Of a stretch of DNA of 64,000 nt, positions 1 through 10,268 are shown piece by piece; the stretch's first letter is position 1; every line of letters begins with the position of its first letter. The notes under the pieces were generated by a model. That model was given only the letters and a program-made list of their open reading frames with translations. It was not told the DNA's origin and did not search any database. The stretch is taken from NCBI RefSeq assembly GCF_044324785.1, contig NZ_CP172127.1; one strand, given 5' to 3'. Both the position numbers and the translations under genes were made by a program. This DNA comes from Escherichia coli. Its GTDB lineage: Bacteria > Pseudomonadota > Gammaproteobacteria > Enterobacterales > Enterobacteriaceae.

Positions 1-749
1 GCAGCAACAGTATCAATATTTCTACCGCCAGTGCTTTTGTCGCCGCGGCCTGTGGGCTGAAAGTGGCGAAACACGGCAACCGTAGCGTCTCCAGTAAGTC
101 TGGCTCGTCGGATCTGCTGGCGGCATTCGGTATTAATCTTGATATGAACGCCGATAAATCGCGCCAGGCGCTGGATGAGTTAGGCGTCTGTTTCCTCTTT
201 GCGCCGAAATATCACACCGGATTCCGCCACGCGATGCCGGTTCGCCAGCAACTGAAAACCCGCACCCTGTTTAATGTGCTTGGGCCATTGATTAACCCGG
301 CGCATCCTCCGCTGGCGTTAATTGGTGTTTATAGTCCGGAACTGGTGCTACCGATTGCCGAAACCTTGCGCGTGCTGGGGTATCAACGCGCGGCAGTGGT
401 GCACAGCGGCGGGATGGATGAAGTTTCATTACACGCGCCGACAATCGTTGCCGAACTGCATGACGGCGAAATTAAGAGCTATCAATTGACCGCTGAAGAT
501 TTTGGCCTGACACCCTACCACCTGGAGCAACTGGCAGGCGGAACACCGGAAGAAAACCGTGACATTTTAACACGCTTGTTACAAGGTAAAGGCGACGCCG
601 CCCATGAAGCAGCCGTCGCGGCGAACGTCGCCATGTTAATGCGCCTGCATGGCCATGAAGATCTGCAAGCCAATGCGCAAACCGTTCTTGAGGTACTGCG
701 TAGTGGTTCCGCTTACGACAGAGTCACCGCACTGGCGGCACGAGGGTAA
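1..749 (+). CDS. trpD: Anthranilate phosphoribosyltransferase, C-terminal part (5' end lies outside the window)
   Basis: Frame is open from position 3; translation (…[26 protein letters not shown]…VTALAARG) matches TrpD C-terminus; directly followed by trpC. Confidence 0.9.
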   Translation, partial: SNSINISTASAFVAAACGLKVAKHGNRSVSSKSGSSDLLAAFGINLDMNADKSRQALDELGVCFLFAPKYHTGFRHAMPVRQQLKTRTLFNVLGPLINPAHPPLALIGVYSPELVLPIAETLRVLGYQRAAVVHSGGMDEVSLHAPTIVAELHDGEIKSYQLTAEDFGLTPYHLEQLAGGTPEENRDILTRLLQGKGDAAHEAAVAANVAMLMRLHGHEDLQANAQTVLEVLRSGSAYDRVTALAARG

Positions 750-2111
750 ATGATGCAAACCGTTTTAGCGAAAATCGTCGCAGACAAGGCGATTTGGGTA
801 GAAGCCCGCAAACAGCAGCAACCGCTGGCCAGTTTTCAGAATGAGGTTCAGCCGAGCACGCGACATTTTTATGATGCGCTACAGGGTGCACGCACGGCGT
901 TTATTCTGGAGTGTAAAAAAGCGTCACCGTCAAAAGGCGTGATCCGCTATGATTTTGATCCGGCACACATTGCAACCGTCTACAGAAATTACGCTTCGGC
1001 AATTTCGGTGCTGACTGACGAGAAATATTTCCAGGGAAGCTTTGATTTCCTCCCCATCGTCAGCCAAATCGCCCCACAGCCGATTTTATGTAAAGACTTT
1101 ATTATCGACCCTTACCAGATCTATCTGGCGCGCTATTACCAGGCCGATGCCTGCTTATTAATGCTTTCAGTACTGGATGACGAACAATATCGCCAGCTTG
1201 CCGCCGTCGCTCACAGTCTGGAGATGGGCGTGCTGACCGAAGTCAGTAATGAAGAGGAACTGGAGCGCGCCATTGCATTGGGGGCAAAGGTCGTTGGCAT
1301 CAACAACCGCGATCTGCGTGATTTGTCGATTGATCTCAACCGTACCCGCGAGCTTGCGCCGAAACTGGGGCACAACGTGACGGTAATCAGCGAATCCGGC
1401 ATCAATACTTACGCTCAGGTGCGCGAGTTAAGCCACTTCGCTAACGGCTTTTTAATTGGCTCGGCGTTGATGGCCCATGACGATTTGAACGCCGCCGTGC
1501 GCCGGGTGTTGCTGGGTGAGAATAAAGTGTGTGGCCTGACGCGTGGGCAAGATGCTAAAGCAGCTTATGACGCGGGCGCGATTTACGGTGGGTTGATTTT
1601 TGTTACGACATCACCGCGTTGCGTCAGCGTTGAACAGGCGCAGGAAGTGATGGCTGCGGCACCGTTGCAGTATGTTGGCGTGTTCCGCAATCACGATATT
1701 GCCGATGTGGTGGGCAAAGCGAAGGTGTTATCGCTGGCGGCAGTGCAACTGCATGGTAATGAAGATCAGCAATATATCGACGAACTGCGTGGTGCGCTGC
1801 CTGAAAACGTTGCCATCTGGAAAGCATTAAGCGTCGGTGAAACCCTGCCCGCCCGCGAGCTTCAGCACGTTGATAAATATGTTTTAGACAACGGCCAGGG
1901 TGGAAGCGGTCAACGTTTCGACTGGTCACTGTTAAACGGTCAATCGCTTGGCAACGTTCTGCTGGCGGGGGGCTTAGGCGCAGATAACTGCGTGGAAGCG
2001 GCACAAACCGGCTGCGCCGGACTTGATTTTAATTCTGCTGTAGAGTCGCAACCGGGCATCAAAGACGCACGTCTTTTGGCCTCGGTTTTCCAGACGCTGC
2101 GCGCATATTAA
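750..2111 (+). CDS. trpC: Bifunctional indole-3-glycerol-phosphate synthase / phosphoribosylanthranilate isomerase
   Basis: 453-aa ORF starting [22 protein letters not shown], recognised as TrpC; position between trpD and trpB. Confidence 0.95.
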
Positions 2112-2122
2112 GGAAAGGAACA

Positions 2123-3316
2123 ATGACAACATTACTTAACCCGTATTTTGGTGAGTTTGGCGGCATGTACGTGCCACAAATCCTGATGCCTGCTCTGCGC
2201 CAGCTGGAAGAAGCTTTTGTCAGCGCGCAAAAAGATCCTGAATTTCAGGCTCAGTTCAACGACCTGCTGAAAAACTATGCCGGGCGTCCAACCGCACTAA
2301 CCAAATGCCAGAACATTACGGCTGGCACTAACACCACGCTGTATCTCAAGCGCGAAGATTTGCTGCACGGCGGCGCGCATAAAACCAACCAGGTGCTCGG
2401 CCAGGCTTTGCTGGCGAAGCGGATGGGTAAAACGGAAATCATCGCCGAAACCGGAGCCGGTCAGCATGGCGTGGCGTCGGCCCTTGCCAGCGCCCTGCTC
2501 GGCCTGAAATGTCGCATTTATATGGGTGCCAAAGACGTCGAGCGCCAGTCGCCTAACGTTTTTCGTATGCGTTTAATGGGTGCGGAAGTGATCCCGGTGC
2601 ATAGCGGTTCCGCGACGCTGAAAGATGCCTGTAATGAGGCGCTACGCGACTGGTCCGGCAGTTATGAAACCGCGCACTATATGCTGGGCACCGCAGCTGG
2701 CCCGCATCCTTACCCGACCATTGTGCGTGAGTTTCAGCGGATGATTGGCGAAGAAACGAAAGCGCAGATTCTGGAAAGAGAAGGTCGTCTGCCGGATGCC
2801 GTTATCGCCTGTGTTGGCGGCGGTTCGAATGCCATCGGTATGTTTGCAGATTTCATCAACGAAACCGACGTCGGCCTGATTGGTGTGGAGCCTGGTGGTC
2901 ACGGTATCGAAACTGGCGAGCACGGCGCACCGTTAAAACATGGTCGCGTGGGCATCTATTTCGGTATGAAAGCGCCGATGATGCAAACCGAAGACGGGCA
3001 GATTGAAGAATCTTACTCCATCTCCGCCGGACTGGATTTCCCGTCTGTCGGCCCACAACACGCGTATCTTAACAGCACTGGACGCGCTGATTACGTGTCA
3101 ATTACCGATGATGAAGCACTGGAAGCCTTCAAAACGCTGTGCCTGCACGAAGGGATTATCCCGGCGCTGGAATCCTCCCACGCCCTGGCCCATGCGCTGA
3201 AAATGATGCGCGAAAACCCGGAAAAAGAGCAGCTACTGGTGGTTAACCTTTCCGGTCGCGGCGATAAAGACATCTTCACCGTTCACGATATTTTGAAAGC
3301 ACGAGGGGAAATCTGA
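2123..3316 (+). CDS. trpB: Tryptophan synthase beta chain
   Basis: 397-aa ORF ([25 protein letters not shown]…) recognised as TrpB; AGGA RBS upstream. Confidence 0.97.
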
Positions 3317-4122
3317 TGGAACGCTACGAATCTCTGTTTGCCCAGTTGAAGGAGCGCAAAGAAGGCGCATTCGTTCCTTTCGTCACGCTCGGGGATCCAG
3401 GCATTGAGCTGTCATTGAAAATTATCGATACGCTAATTGAAGCCGGTGCTGACGCGCTGGAGTTAGGCATCCCCTTCTCCGACCCACTGGCAGATGGCCC
3501 GACGATTCAAAACGCCACACTGCGTGCCTTTGCGGCAGGTGTGACCCCGGCGCAGTGCTTTGAGATGCTGGCACTCATTCGCCAGAAGCACCCGACCATT
3601 CCGATCGGCCTTTTGATGTATGCCAACCTGGTGTTTAACAAAGGCATTGATGAGTTTTATGCCCAGTGCGAGAAAGTCGGCGTCGATTCGGTGCTGGTTG
3701 CCGATGTGCCAGTGGAAGAGTCCGCGCCCTTCCGCCAGGCCGCGTTGCGTCATAATGTCGCACCTATCTTTATTTGCCCGCCGAATGCCGACGATGATTT
3801 GCTGCGCCAGATAGCCTCCTACGGCCGTGGATACACCTATTTATTGTCACGTGCGGGCGTGACCGGTGCAGAAAACCGCGCCGCGTTACCCCTCAATCAT
3901 CTGGTCACGAAGCTGAAAGAATACAATGCTGCGCCTCCATTGCAGGGATTTGGGATTTCCTCCCCGGATCAGGTAAAAGCAGCGATTGATGCAGGAGCTG
4001 CGGGCGCGATTTCTGGTTCGGCCATCGTTAAAATCATCGAGCAACATATTAATGAGCCAGAGAAAATGCTGGCGGCACTGAAAGCTTTTGTACAACCGAT
4101 GAAAGCGGCGACGCGCAGTTAA
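3316..4122 (+). CDS. trpA: Tryptophan synthase alpha chain
   Basis: 268-aa ORF ([28 protein letters not shown]…) recognised as TrpA; start overlaps trpB stop by 1 nt (ATGA). Confidence 0.97.
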   Translation: MERYESLFAQLKERKEGAFVPFVTLGDPGIELSLKIIDTLIEAGADALELGIPFSDPLADGPTIQNATLRAFAAGVTPAQCFEMLALIRQKHPTIPIGLLMYANLVFNKGIDEFYAQCEKVGVDSVLVADVPVEESAPFRQAALRHNVAPIFICPPNADDDLLRQIASYGRGYTYLLSRAGVTGAENRAALPLNHLVTKLKEYNAAPPLQGFGISSPDQVKAAIDAGAAGAISGSAIVKIIEQHINEPEKMLAALKAFVQPMKAATRS

Positions 4123-4128
4123 TCCCAC

Positions 4129-4156
4129 AGCCGCCAGTTCCGCTGGCGGCATTTTA
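4129..4156 (+). terminator. Rho-independent terminator of the trp operon (trp t)
   Basis: GC-rich hairpin GCCGCCAG-ttccg-CTGGCGGC followed by ATTTT, 7 nt after the trpA stop. Confidence 0.8.
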
Positions 4157-4502
4157 ACTTTCGTTAACGAAGCCGGAAAAATCCTAAATTCATTTATTAT
4201 TTATCTTTTTACCGTTTCGCTTACCCCTGTCGAACGTCAACTTACGTCATTTTTCCGCCCAACAGTAATATAATCAAACAAATTAATCCCGCAACATAAC
4301 ACCAGTAAGATCAATAATTTTCTCTAAGTCACTTATTCCTCAGGCAATTGCTAATACATCCAGAACGTTTCTCAAAATATATTTTTCCACTTTCTTCTCG
4401 TTACGCTTAATTTGACTAATTTTCATTAGTGACTAATTTTAATGAGTGTCGACACACAACACTCATATTAATGAAACAATGCAACGCAACGGGAGAAATA
4501 AC

Positions 4503-4682
4503 ATGGCCGAACATCGTGGTGGTTCAGGAAATTTCGCCGAAGACCGTGAAAAGGCATCCGACGCTGGCCGTAAAGGCGGTCAGCATAGCGGCGGTAATTT
4601 TAAAAATGATCCGCAACGCGCATCCGAAGCGGGTAAAAAAGGCGGTCAACAAAGCGGTGGTAATAAATCAGGAAAATCCTGA
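4503..4682 (+). CDS. yciG: Stress-induced KGG-repeat protein YciG (59 aa)
   Basis: Track ORF 4446..4682 over-extends; start placed at internal ATG 4503 to give MAEHRGGSGNFAEDREKASDAGRKGGQHSGGNFKNDPQRASEAGKKGGQQSGGNKSGKS, matching YciG. Confidence 0.8.
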   Translation: MAEHRGGSGNFAEDREKASDAGRKGGQHSGGNFKNDPQRASEAGKKGGQQSGGNKSGKS

Positions 4683-4767
4683 TTCACCGTTAATTATTAA
4701 TATCAGCTGATAAAGATAATTGCATCTGCGGGCCGTATGGCTCGCAGTGATTTCACTGGAGAAAAAT

Positions 4768-5268
4768 ATGAATATGAAGACCATTGAAGATGTATTTAAT
4801 CACCTGCTTTCAGATACCTACAGCGCAGAAAAACAATTAACCCGGGCACTGGCAAAACTCGCAAGAGCAACATCAAATGAAAAATTAAGTCAGGCTTTTC
4901 ATGCGCACCTCGAGGAAACTCATGGACAGATTGAACGTATTGATCAAGTTGTGGAATCCGAATCGAACCTGAAAATTAAGCGCATGAAATGTGTGGCAAT
5001 GGAAGGTCTCATTGAAGAAGCTAATGAGGTCATCGAAAGCACCGAGAAAAACGAAGTGCGTGATGCCGCACTGATTGCCGCTGCACAGAAAGTCGAGCAC
5101 TATGAGATCGCCAGTTACGGGACATTAGCGACGCTGGCTGAACAATTAGGTTACCGTAAAGCAGCGAAGCTTCTGAAAGAAACTCTTGAAGAAGAAAAGG
5201 CCACCGACATCAAACTGACTGATCTGGCCCTTAATAACGTAAATAAGAAAGCCGAAAATAAAGCCTGA
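4768..5268 (+). CDS. yciF: Ferritin-like (DUF892) stress protein YciF
   Basis: Start placed at MNMKTIEDVF (ATG 4768) inside the longer track ORF; 166 aa matches YciF. Confidence 0.85.
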   Translation: MNMKTIEDVFNHLLSDTYSAEKQLTRALAKLARATSNEKLSQAFHAHLEETHGQIERIDQVVESESNLKIKRMKCVAMEGLIEEANEVIESTEKNEVRDAALIAAAQKVEHYEIASYGTLATLAEQLGYRKAAKLLKETLEEEKATDIKLTDLALNNVNKKAENKA

Positions 5269-5313
5269 AATATGAACTTTAACTTTTAGTCATTTTATAA
5301 ATAGGACATTTTC

Positions 5314-5820
5314 ATGAATCGTATTGAACATTATCATGACTGGTTACGTGACGCCCACGCAATGGAAAAGCAAGCCGAATCTATGCTTGAATCCATGGCT
5401 AGTCGTATAGATAATTATCCTGAACTACGCGCTCGTATTGAACAACATCTTAGTGAAACCAAAAACCAGATTGTTCAACTGGAAACTATTCTTGATCGTA
5501 ATGACATTTCACGTTCAGTCATTAAAGATTCCATGAGTAAAATGGCTGCGCTTGGGCAGTCAATCGGTGGTATATTCCCTTCTGATGAAATAGTCAAAGG
5601 CTCTATTAGCGGATATGTCTTCGAGCAATTTGAAATCGCCTGTTACACCTCACTATTAGCAACAGCAAAAAATGCCGGTGATACAGCTTCAATTCCAACC
5701 ATCGAAGCGATTTTAAATGAGGAAAAAGAAATGGCCGACTGGCTGATTCAGCATATTCCGCAAACAACTGAGAAATTTTTAATTCGCTCTGAAACTGATG
5801 GCGTAGAAGCGAAGAAATAA
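5314..5820 (+). CDS. yciE: Ferritin-like (DUF892) stress protein YciE
   Basis: 168-aa ORF MNRIEHYHDWLRDAHAMEKQ…; paralog of and adjacent to yciF. Confidence 0.85.
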   Translation: MNRIEHYHDWLRDAHAMEKQAESMLESMASRIDNYPELRARIEQHLSETKNQIVQLETILDRNDISRSVIKDSMSKMAALGQSIGGIFPSDEIVKGSISGYVFEQFEIACYTSLLATAKNAGDTASIPTIEAILNEEKEMADWLIQHIPQTTEKFLIRSETDGVEAKK

Positions 5821-5844
5821 TACCCTTTATACCATGTCCTTATT

Positions 5845-5870
5845 GACCCCGTAATTACGGGGTCATTTTT
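5845..5870 (+). terminator. Rho-independent terminator after yciE
   Basis: Perfect palindrome GACCCCGTAA/TTACGGGGTC followed by ATTTTT. Confidence 0.7.
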
Positions 5871-5878
5871 GTGCGGAA

Positions 5879-6517
5879 TTAAAAACGATATCCTGCTGAG
5901 AACATAAACACCCACGGATCGAGGCGTACGCTATCGTGTTGCTGTGCACCGCCCAGCTTATAACTGGCGGTGGTATCGATATCCATGTACCAGACTGACA
6001 TGTTAACCAACCAGTCACGGTTAATCAGATAATCAACCCCCACCTGCCCGGCTGCTCCCCAGGAGTCTTTCAGACTGAGATCGGAAAGCCCCGCCTCTTT
6101 GCCATGATCGTTAAATCCATTATCAAAGAAGGTGGTGTAGTTAATACCTGCACCAACGTAAGGACGGAATTTGCTGCTGGCATCACCAAAATACCACTGC
6201 GCCATCAGTGTTGGCGGCAGATGATGAACGGTTGCAATATCGCCGGTCGCCCGGGTGCCGATTTTATGGCGGAACGGCGTCGCTGCCAGTAATTCCACAC
6301 CAATGTTGTCGGTCGCCATATAAGTAAACGTCAGGCCCAGTTGAGTGTTATTGGTCACGCTGAATCCACCCAGACTTCCTAACGTACCACCAGCACCTTC
6401 TGTTGGACGTACGGTTGCAGAACCTGCACGCATAAAAAATTCGCCTGCTTCATGCGCAAAGGCACTGCCAGAGAGAAGAGTTGTTACTGCCAAAGCCGCC
6501 ACTGTTAACTTTTTCAT
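5879..6517 (-). CDS. ompW: Outer membrane protein W
   Basis: 212-aa ORF with signal peptide MKKLTVAALAVTTLLSGSAFA and C-terminal …SAGYRF beta-barrel signature; recognised as OmpW. Confidence 0.95.
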   Translation of the reverse strand: MKKLTVAALAVTTLLSGSAFAHEAGEFFMRAGSATVRPTEGAGGTLGSLGGFSVTNNTQLGLTFTYMATDNIGVELLAATPFRHKIGTRATGDIATVHHLPPTLMAQWYFGDASSKFRPYVGAGINYTTFFDNGFNDHGKEAGLSDLSLKDSWGAAGQVGVDYLINRDWLVNMSVWYMDIDTTASYKLGGAQQHDSVRLDPWVFMFSAGYRF

Positions 6518-6665
6518 ATCCGCTCCGTCGTTATGGTTATAAAAACGTGACGAATATACCTACATTGGAGTAACAAATGATCCTACATAGATCACATTAC
6601 ATATGATAATTCACCCTTTATTGATCTGGATTAATTTAGAAGTTGCATTGAGAATCCTGGTTAAT

Positions 6666-6679
6666 GTGATTTAAATCAA
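6666..6679. promoter_or_regulatory. FNR-like box upstream of ompW
   Basis: GTGATttaaATCAA, 9/10 match to TTGAT-N4-ATCAA, in the ompW upstream region; a second weaker match at 6621..6634. Confidence 0.35.
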
Positions 6680-6873
6680 TTTTTAAATATTTTCGCTACG
6701 CAAATATTAACTCGCTCGCCACTAGCAGCGGTTTGCCCACGCCTGAAGGCCAGCAATTACCTCCGCTTTACAAAGATATGCTTTTCCATACAAGACCTGA
6801 TGCTGCCACCCGAGGCTTAACCAGGGTACAATTGCCCGCTAATTAACACCTGCATAAAACTCAAGGAGAGTGC

Positions 6874-7617
6874 ATGTCTATCACGGCGCAGTCCGTATAC
6901 CGTGACACCGGAAATTTCTTCCGTAATCAATTTATGACCATTCTGTTGGTATCGTTGCTATGTGCGTTTATCACAGTGGTGTTAGGGCATGTTTTCTCAC
7001 CCAGTGATGCACAGCTTGCGCAGCTCAATGACGGCGTGCCCGTTAGCGGCAGTAGTGGGTTGTTCGACCTGGTTCAGAATATGTCACCTGAACAGCAACA
7101 AATTTTGCTGCAGGCTTCAGCGGCGTCCACTTTTTCAGGATTAATCGGTAACGCCATTCTCGCCGGAGGCGTAATATTAATTATCCAGCTGGTGTCTGCG
7201 GGTCAGAGAGTCAGTGCGCTTCGAGCTATTGGTGCCAGTGCGCCGATATTGCCAAAGTTATTTATTCTCATTTTTCTGACTACCCTTTTAGTACAAATTG
7301 GCATCATGCTGGTCGTCGTTCCGGGAATTATCATGGCCATTTTACTGGCTCTGGCACCGGTGATGTTGGTACAGGACAAAATGGGCATTTTTGCCTCGAT
7401 GCGTAGCAGTATGCGGCTGACATGGGCGAATATGCGTCTGGTGGCACCCGCAGTACTGAGCTGGTTGCTGGCAAAAACACTGTTGCTGCTTTTTGCCTCT
7501 TCTTTTGCCGCATTGACCCCGGAAATTGGTGCCGTACTGGCGAACACTTTGAGCAACCTGATTTCAGCCGTACTGCTCATCTATCTGTTCCGCCTGTATA
7601 TGTTGATTCGCCAATAA
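6874..7617 (+). CDS. yciC: UPF0259 inner membrane protein YciC
   Basis: 247-aa multi-TM ORF; GGAG RBS upstream; recognised as YciC. Confidence 0.85.
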   Translation: MSITAQSVYRDTGNFFRNQFMTILLVSLLCAFITVVLGHVFSPSDAQLAQLNDGVPVSGSSGLFDLVQNMSPEQQQILLQASAASTFSGLIGNAILAGGVILIIQLVSAGQRVSALRAIGASAPILPKLFILIFLTTLLVQIGIMLVVVPGIIMAILLALAPVMLVQDKMGIFASMRSSMRLTWANMRLVAPAVLSWLLAKTLLLLFASSFAALTPEIGAVLANTLSNLISAVLLIYLFRLYMLIRQ

Positions 7618-7646
7618 CCTTAAGCATTTGATTACGGAATCGTAAA

Positions 7647-8186
7647 ATGAAGCAGTTTCTTGATTTTTTACCGCTGGTTGTCTTTTTCGCGTTTTACAAG
7701 ATTTATGACATCTATGCGGCTACTGCGGCGCTGATCGTCGCCACGGCGATTGTGCTTATCTATAGCTGGGTTCGCTTTCGTAAGGTTGAGAAGATGGCCC
7801 TGATCACTTTTGTTCTGGTGGTCGTCTTCGGTGGCTTGACGCTGTTCTTCCACAATGATGAGTTTATAAAATGGAAGGTTACTGTCATTTATGCCCTGTT
7901 TGCGGGTGCCCTGTTAGTCAGCCAATGGGTGATGAAAAAGCCGCTAATTCAGCGGATGCTGGGTAAAGAACTCACGCTGCCGCAACCGGTATGGTCGAAG
8001 CTGAATCTGGCCTGGGCTGTTTTCTTTATCCTTTGCGGTCTGGCAAACATCTACATCGCATTCTGGCTGCCGCAAAATATTTGGGTCAACTTTAAAGTCT
8101 TTGGCCTGACCGCCCTTACCTTAATCTTCACATTGTTAAGCGGTATCTATATCTACCGCCACATGCCGCAGGAAGATAAATCCTAA
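7647..8186 (+). CDS. yciB: Intracellular septation protein A (YciB/IspZ)
   Basis: 179-aa membrane [26 protein letters not shown]…. Confidence 0.9.
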   Translation: MKQFLDFLPLVVFFAFYKIYDIYAATAALIVATAIVLIYSWVRFRKVEKMALITFVLVVVFGGLTLFFHNDEFIKWKVTVIYALFAGALLVSQWVMKKPLIQRMLGKELTLPQPVWSKLNLAWAVFFILCGLANIYIAFWLPQNIWVNFKVFGLTALTLIFTLLSGIYIYRHMPQEDKS

Positions 8187-8290
8187 CCAGACTGCCAGTC
8201 CTTCGGGGCTGGCGCTGTATCTCCTCTGTTCTCCTCAGGAAAATCATAGTAGCATCGCGCCTGTGATTTTCCTTTTAAGTCGGTTTTACC

Positions 8291-8689
8291 ATGTCTACAA
8301 CACATAACGTCCCTCAGGGCGATCTTGTTTTACGTACTTTAGCCATGCCCGCCGATACCAATGCCAATGGTGACATCTTTGGTGGTTGGTTAATGTCACA
8401 AATGGATATTGGCGGCGCTATTCTGGCAAAAGAAATTGCCCACGGTCGCGTAGTGACTGTGCGGGTTGAAGGAATGACTTTCTTACGGCCGGTTGCGGTC
8501 GGCGATGTGGTGTGCTGCTATGCACGCTGTGTCCAGAAAGGGACGACATCGGTCAGCATTAATATTGAAGTGTGGGTGAAAAAAGTCGCGTCTGAACCCA
8601 TCGGGCAACGTTATAAAGCGACAGAAGCATTATTTAAGTATGTCGCGGTTGATCCTGAAGGAAAACCTCGCGCCTTACCTGTTGAGTAA
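8291..8689 (+). CDS. yciA: Acyl-CoA thioesterase YciA (hotdog fold)
   Basis: 132-aa ORF MSTTHNVPQGDLVLRTLAMPADTNANGDIFGG…. Confidence 0.9.
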   Translation: MSTTHNVPQGDLVLRTLAMPADTNANGDIFGGWLMSQMDIGGAILAKEIAHGRVVTVRVEGMTFLRPVAVGDVVCCYARCVQKGTTSVSINIEVWVKKVASEPIGQRYKATEALFKYVAVDPEGKPRALPVE

Positions 8690-8690
8690 T

Positions 8691-8725
8691 AGTCAAAAGC
8701 CTCCGGTCGGAGGCTTTTGACTTTC
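8691..8725. terminator. Bidirectional rho-independent terminator between convergent yciA and tonB
   Basis: Hairpin AAAAGCCTCCG-gt-CGGAGGCTTTT with A/T runs on both sides. Confidence 0.75.
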
Positions 8726-8728
8726 TGC

Positions 8729-9448
8729 TTACTGAATTTCGGTGGTGCCGTTAATTTTAAACAGGATATTCACCACAATCCCACTGCCTGGCTTACCCGG
8801 CTCATAACGCCATCTGCGCATCGCATTTTTCACCTCACGCTCAAACATGTTCGCAGGCTTGGCTGAGAGGATTTGCACGTTATCCACGCGACCATCCGGC
8901 GTGACATCAAATTTAACTTTAACCTGCCCTTCAATGCGCAATGCCTGTGCTCGTGCCGGATACTGCGGCTGATTGCGGCTTAATGCGCGTGGTCCTGAAG
9001 CCACACTTGTAACCGGCTTGCTGGTTGCAGCCGTCGCCGTACTTGATGTCGGGCGCGCGGGTGCCGTATTTTCAAACGGTGATGCCGGACGCGACTCTAC
9101 GGGTTTGACATCGCGTTTTGGCTGCTCCTGTACCTTTTTCACCGGCTTCGGTTTTGGCTTAGGTTTCGGCTTCGGCTTTTCAATGACCACCGGTGCTTCT
9201 TTTGGCGGTTCGGGGATCGGCTCAGGTTCCGGTTCTGGCTCTACCACCGGCTCCGGTGGCGGCTGAACGGCTTGTGGCGGTTCGAGATCCGCAGGCGCAA
9301 CCATCGTGACAGAAATTGGCTGCGCAGGCGCAGGTAGTTCAATAACCTGATGTACCGAGGTATAGAGCAGACCCGCCACAACAGCACCATGAATGCAGAC
9401 CGAAAGTAACGTCGGCCAGGGGAAGCGGCGAGGTAAATCAAGGGTCAT
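8729..9448 (-). CDS. tonB: TonB energy-transducing protein
   Basis: Track ORF extends to 9499; start placed at [17 protein letters not shown] (ATG at 9446..9448 on minus strand) to give the 239-aa TonB with its (EP)n/(KP)n proline-rich spacer. Confidence 0.95.
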   Translation of the reverse strand: MTLDLPRRFPWPTLLSVCIHGAVVAGLLYTSVHQVIELPAPAQPISVTMVAPADLEPPQAVQPPPEPVVEPEPEPEPIPEPPKEAPVVIEKPKPKPKPKPKPVKKVQEQPKRDVKPVESRPASPFENTAPARPTSSTATAATSKPVTSVASGPRALSRNQPQYPARAQALRIEGQVKVKFDVTPDGRVDNVQILSAKPANMFEREVKNAMRRWRYEPGKPGSGIVVNILFKINGTTEIQ

Positions 9449-9493
9449 TGAAGTCATAATCATTTCAGTAGAAAAACCAGGCCTTGATTTTAA

Positions 9494-9515
9494 ATGCAAA
9501 TAGCAATCATATTCA
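9494..9515. promoter_or_regulatory. Fur box in the tonB promoter
   Basis: Sense-strand sequence TTGAATATGATTGCTATTTGCA matches the tonB Fur operator as I recall it, about 50 bp upstream of the tonB start. Confidence 0.55.
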
Positions 9516-9671
9516 ATAAGGCAAGACGATCAGGATCAGTGAAAATGTCATTTTTGGCGTTATTGACCTTACTTTTTAAATGGTCTTAACAAAGACATCA
9601 TCTTTCCGTTGCAGATCTTCGCCCTTTCAAATAACGTACTTTACAACTTTCCCGAACAAGGAGTTGTGCCC

Positions 9672-9968
9672 GTGTTGTATGTTATTTACGCTCAAGACAA
9701 AGCTGATAGCCTCGAAAAACGCCTTTCCGTTCGTCCGGCACATTTAGCACGTTTACAGTTACTGCATGGTGAAGGTCGATTGTTGACCGCCGGTCCAATG
9801 CCAGCAGTAGACAGTAACGATCCAGGGGCTGCGGGATTTACTGGCTCAACCGTTATTGCTGAATTTGAATCGCTGGAAGCAGCTCAGGCCTGGGCCGATG
9901 CTGACCCGTACGTAGCGGCAGGGGTCTATGAACACGTTTCAGTGAAACCATTTAAGAAAGTGTTCTGA
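9672..9968 (+). CDS. yciI: YciI-like protein (98 aa)
   Basis: Start placed at GTG 9672 (AAGGAG RBS at 9657..9662) to give [18 protein letters not shown]…; track ORF over-extends upstream. Confidence 0.8.
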   Translation: MLYVIYAQDKADSLEKRLSVRPAHLARLQLLHGEGRLLTAGPMPAVDSNDPGAAGFTGSTVIAEFESLEAAQAWADADPYVAAGVYEHVSVKPFKKVF

Positions 9969-9990
9969 ATAGAGATTCAATATTTAAGGG

Positions 9991-10019
9991 CACGGTTTTT
10001 GCAACCGTGTTCTTGTTTG
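9991..10019 (+). terminator. Rho-independent terminator after yciI
   Basis: Hairpin CACGGTT-tttgc-AACCGTG followed by TTCTTGTTT. Confidence 0.7.
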
Positions 10020-10268
10020 GCCTTTCCTTATAGGTCGGTCAGTGCATTCACCCCCACAAGCAGATAATAACTTTATCTGTATTTCTTTATATGATGTGAG
10101 CATATTCAGGAAAAATGCCCTTTCCTGACGCAGAGTTGCTCACTCAAAACCTTTGATTACTGCGGATAAAGTCATCTACTATTGTTTAACACATTCACGC
10201 GCTGCATGTATGTTCAGAAAATGTGCACGCTAAGATAATTAAACAAAATTGTGGTTACAGAGGTATCA

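Noticed and set aside
8973-9266. 97-aa Gly/Phe-rich plus-strand ORF antisense to tonB
   Set aside because: Artefact of the simple-sequence repeat that encodes the TonB Pro-rich spacer on the other strand
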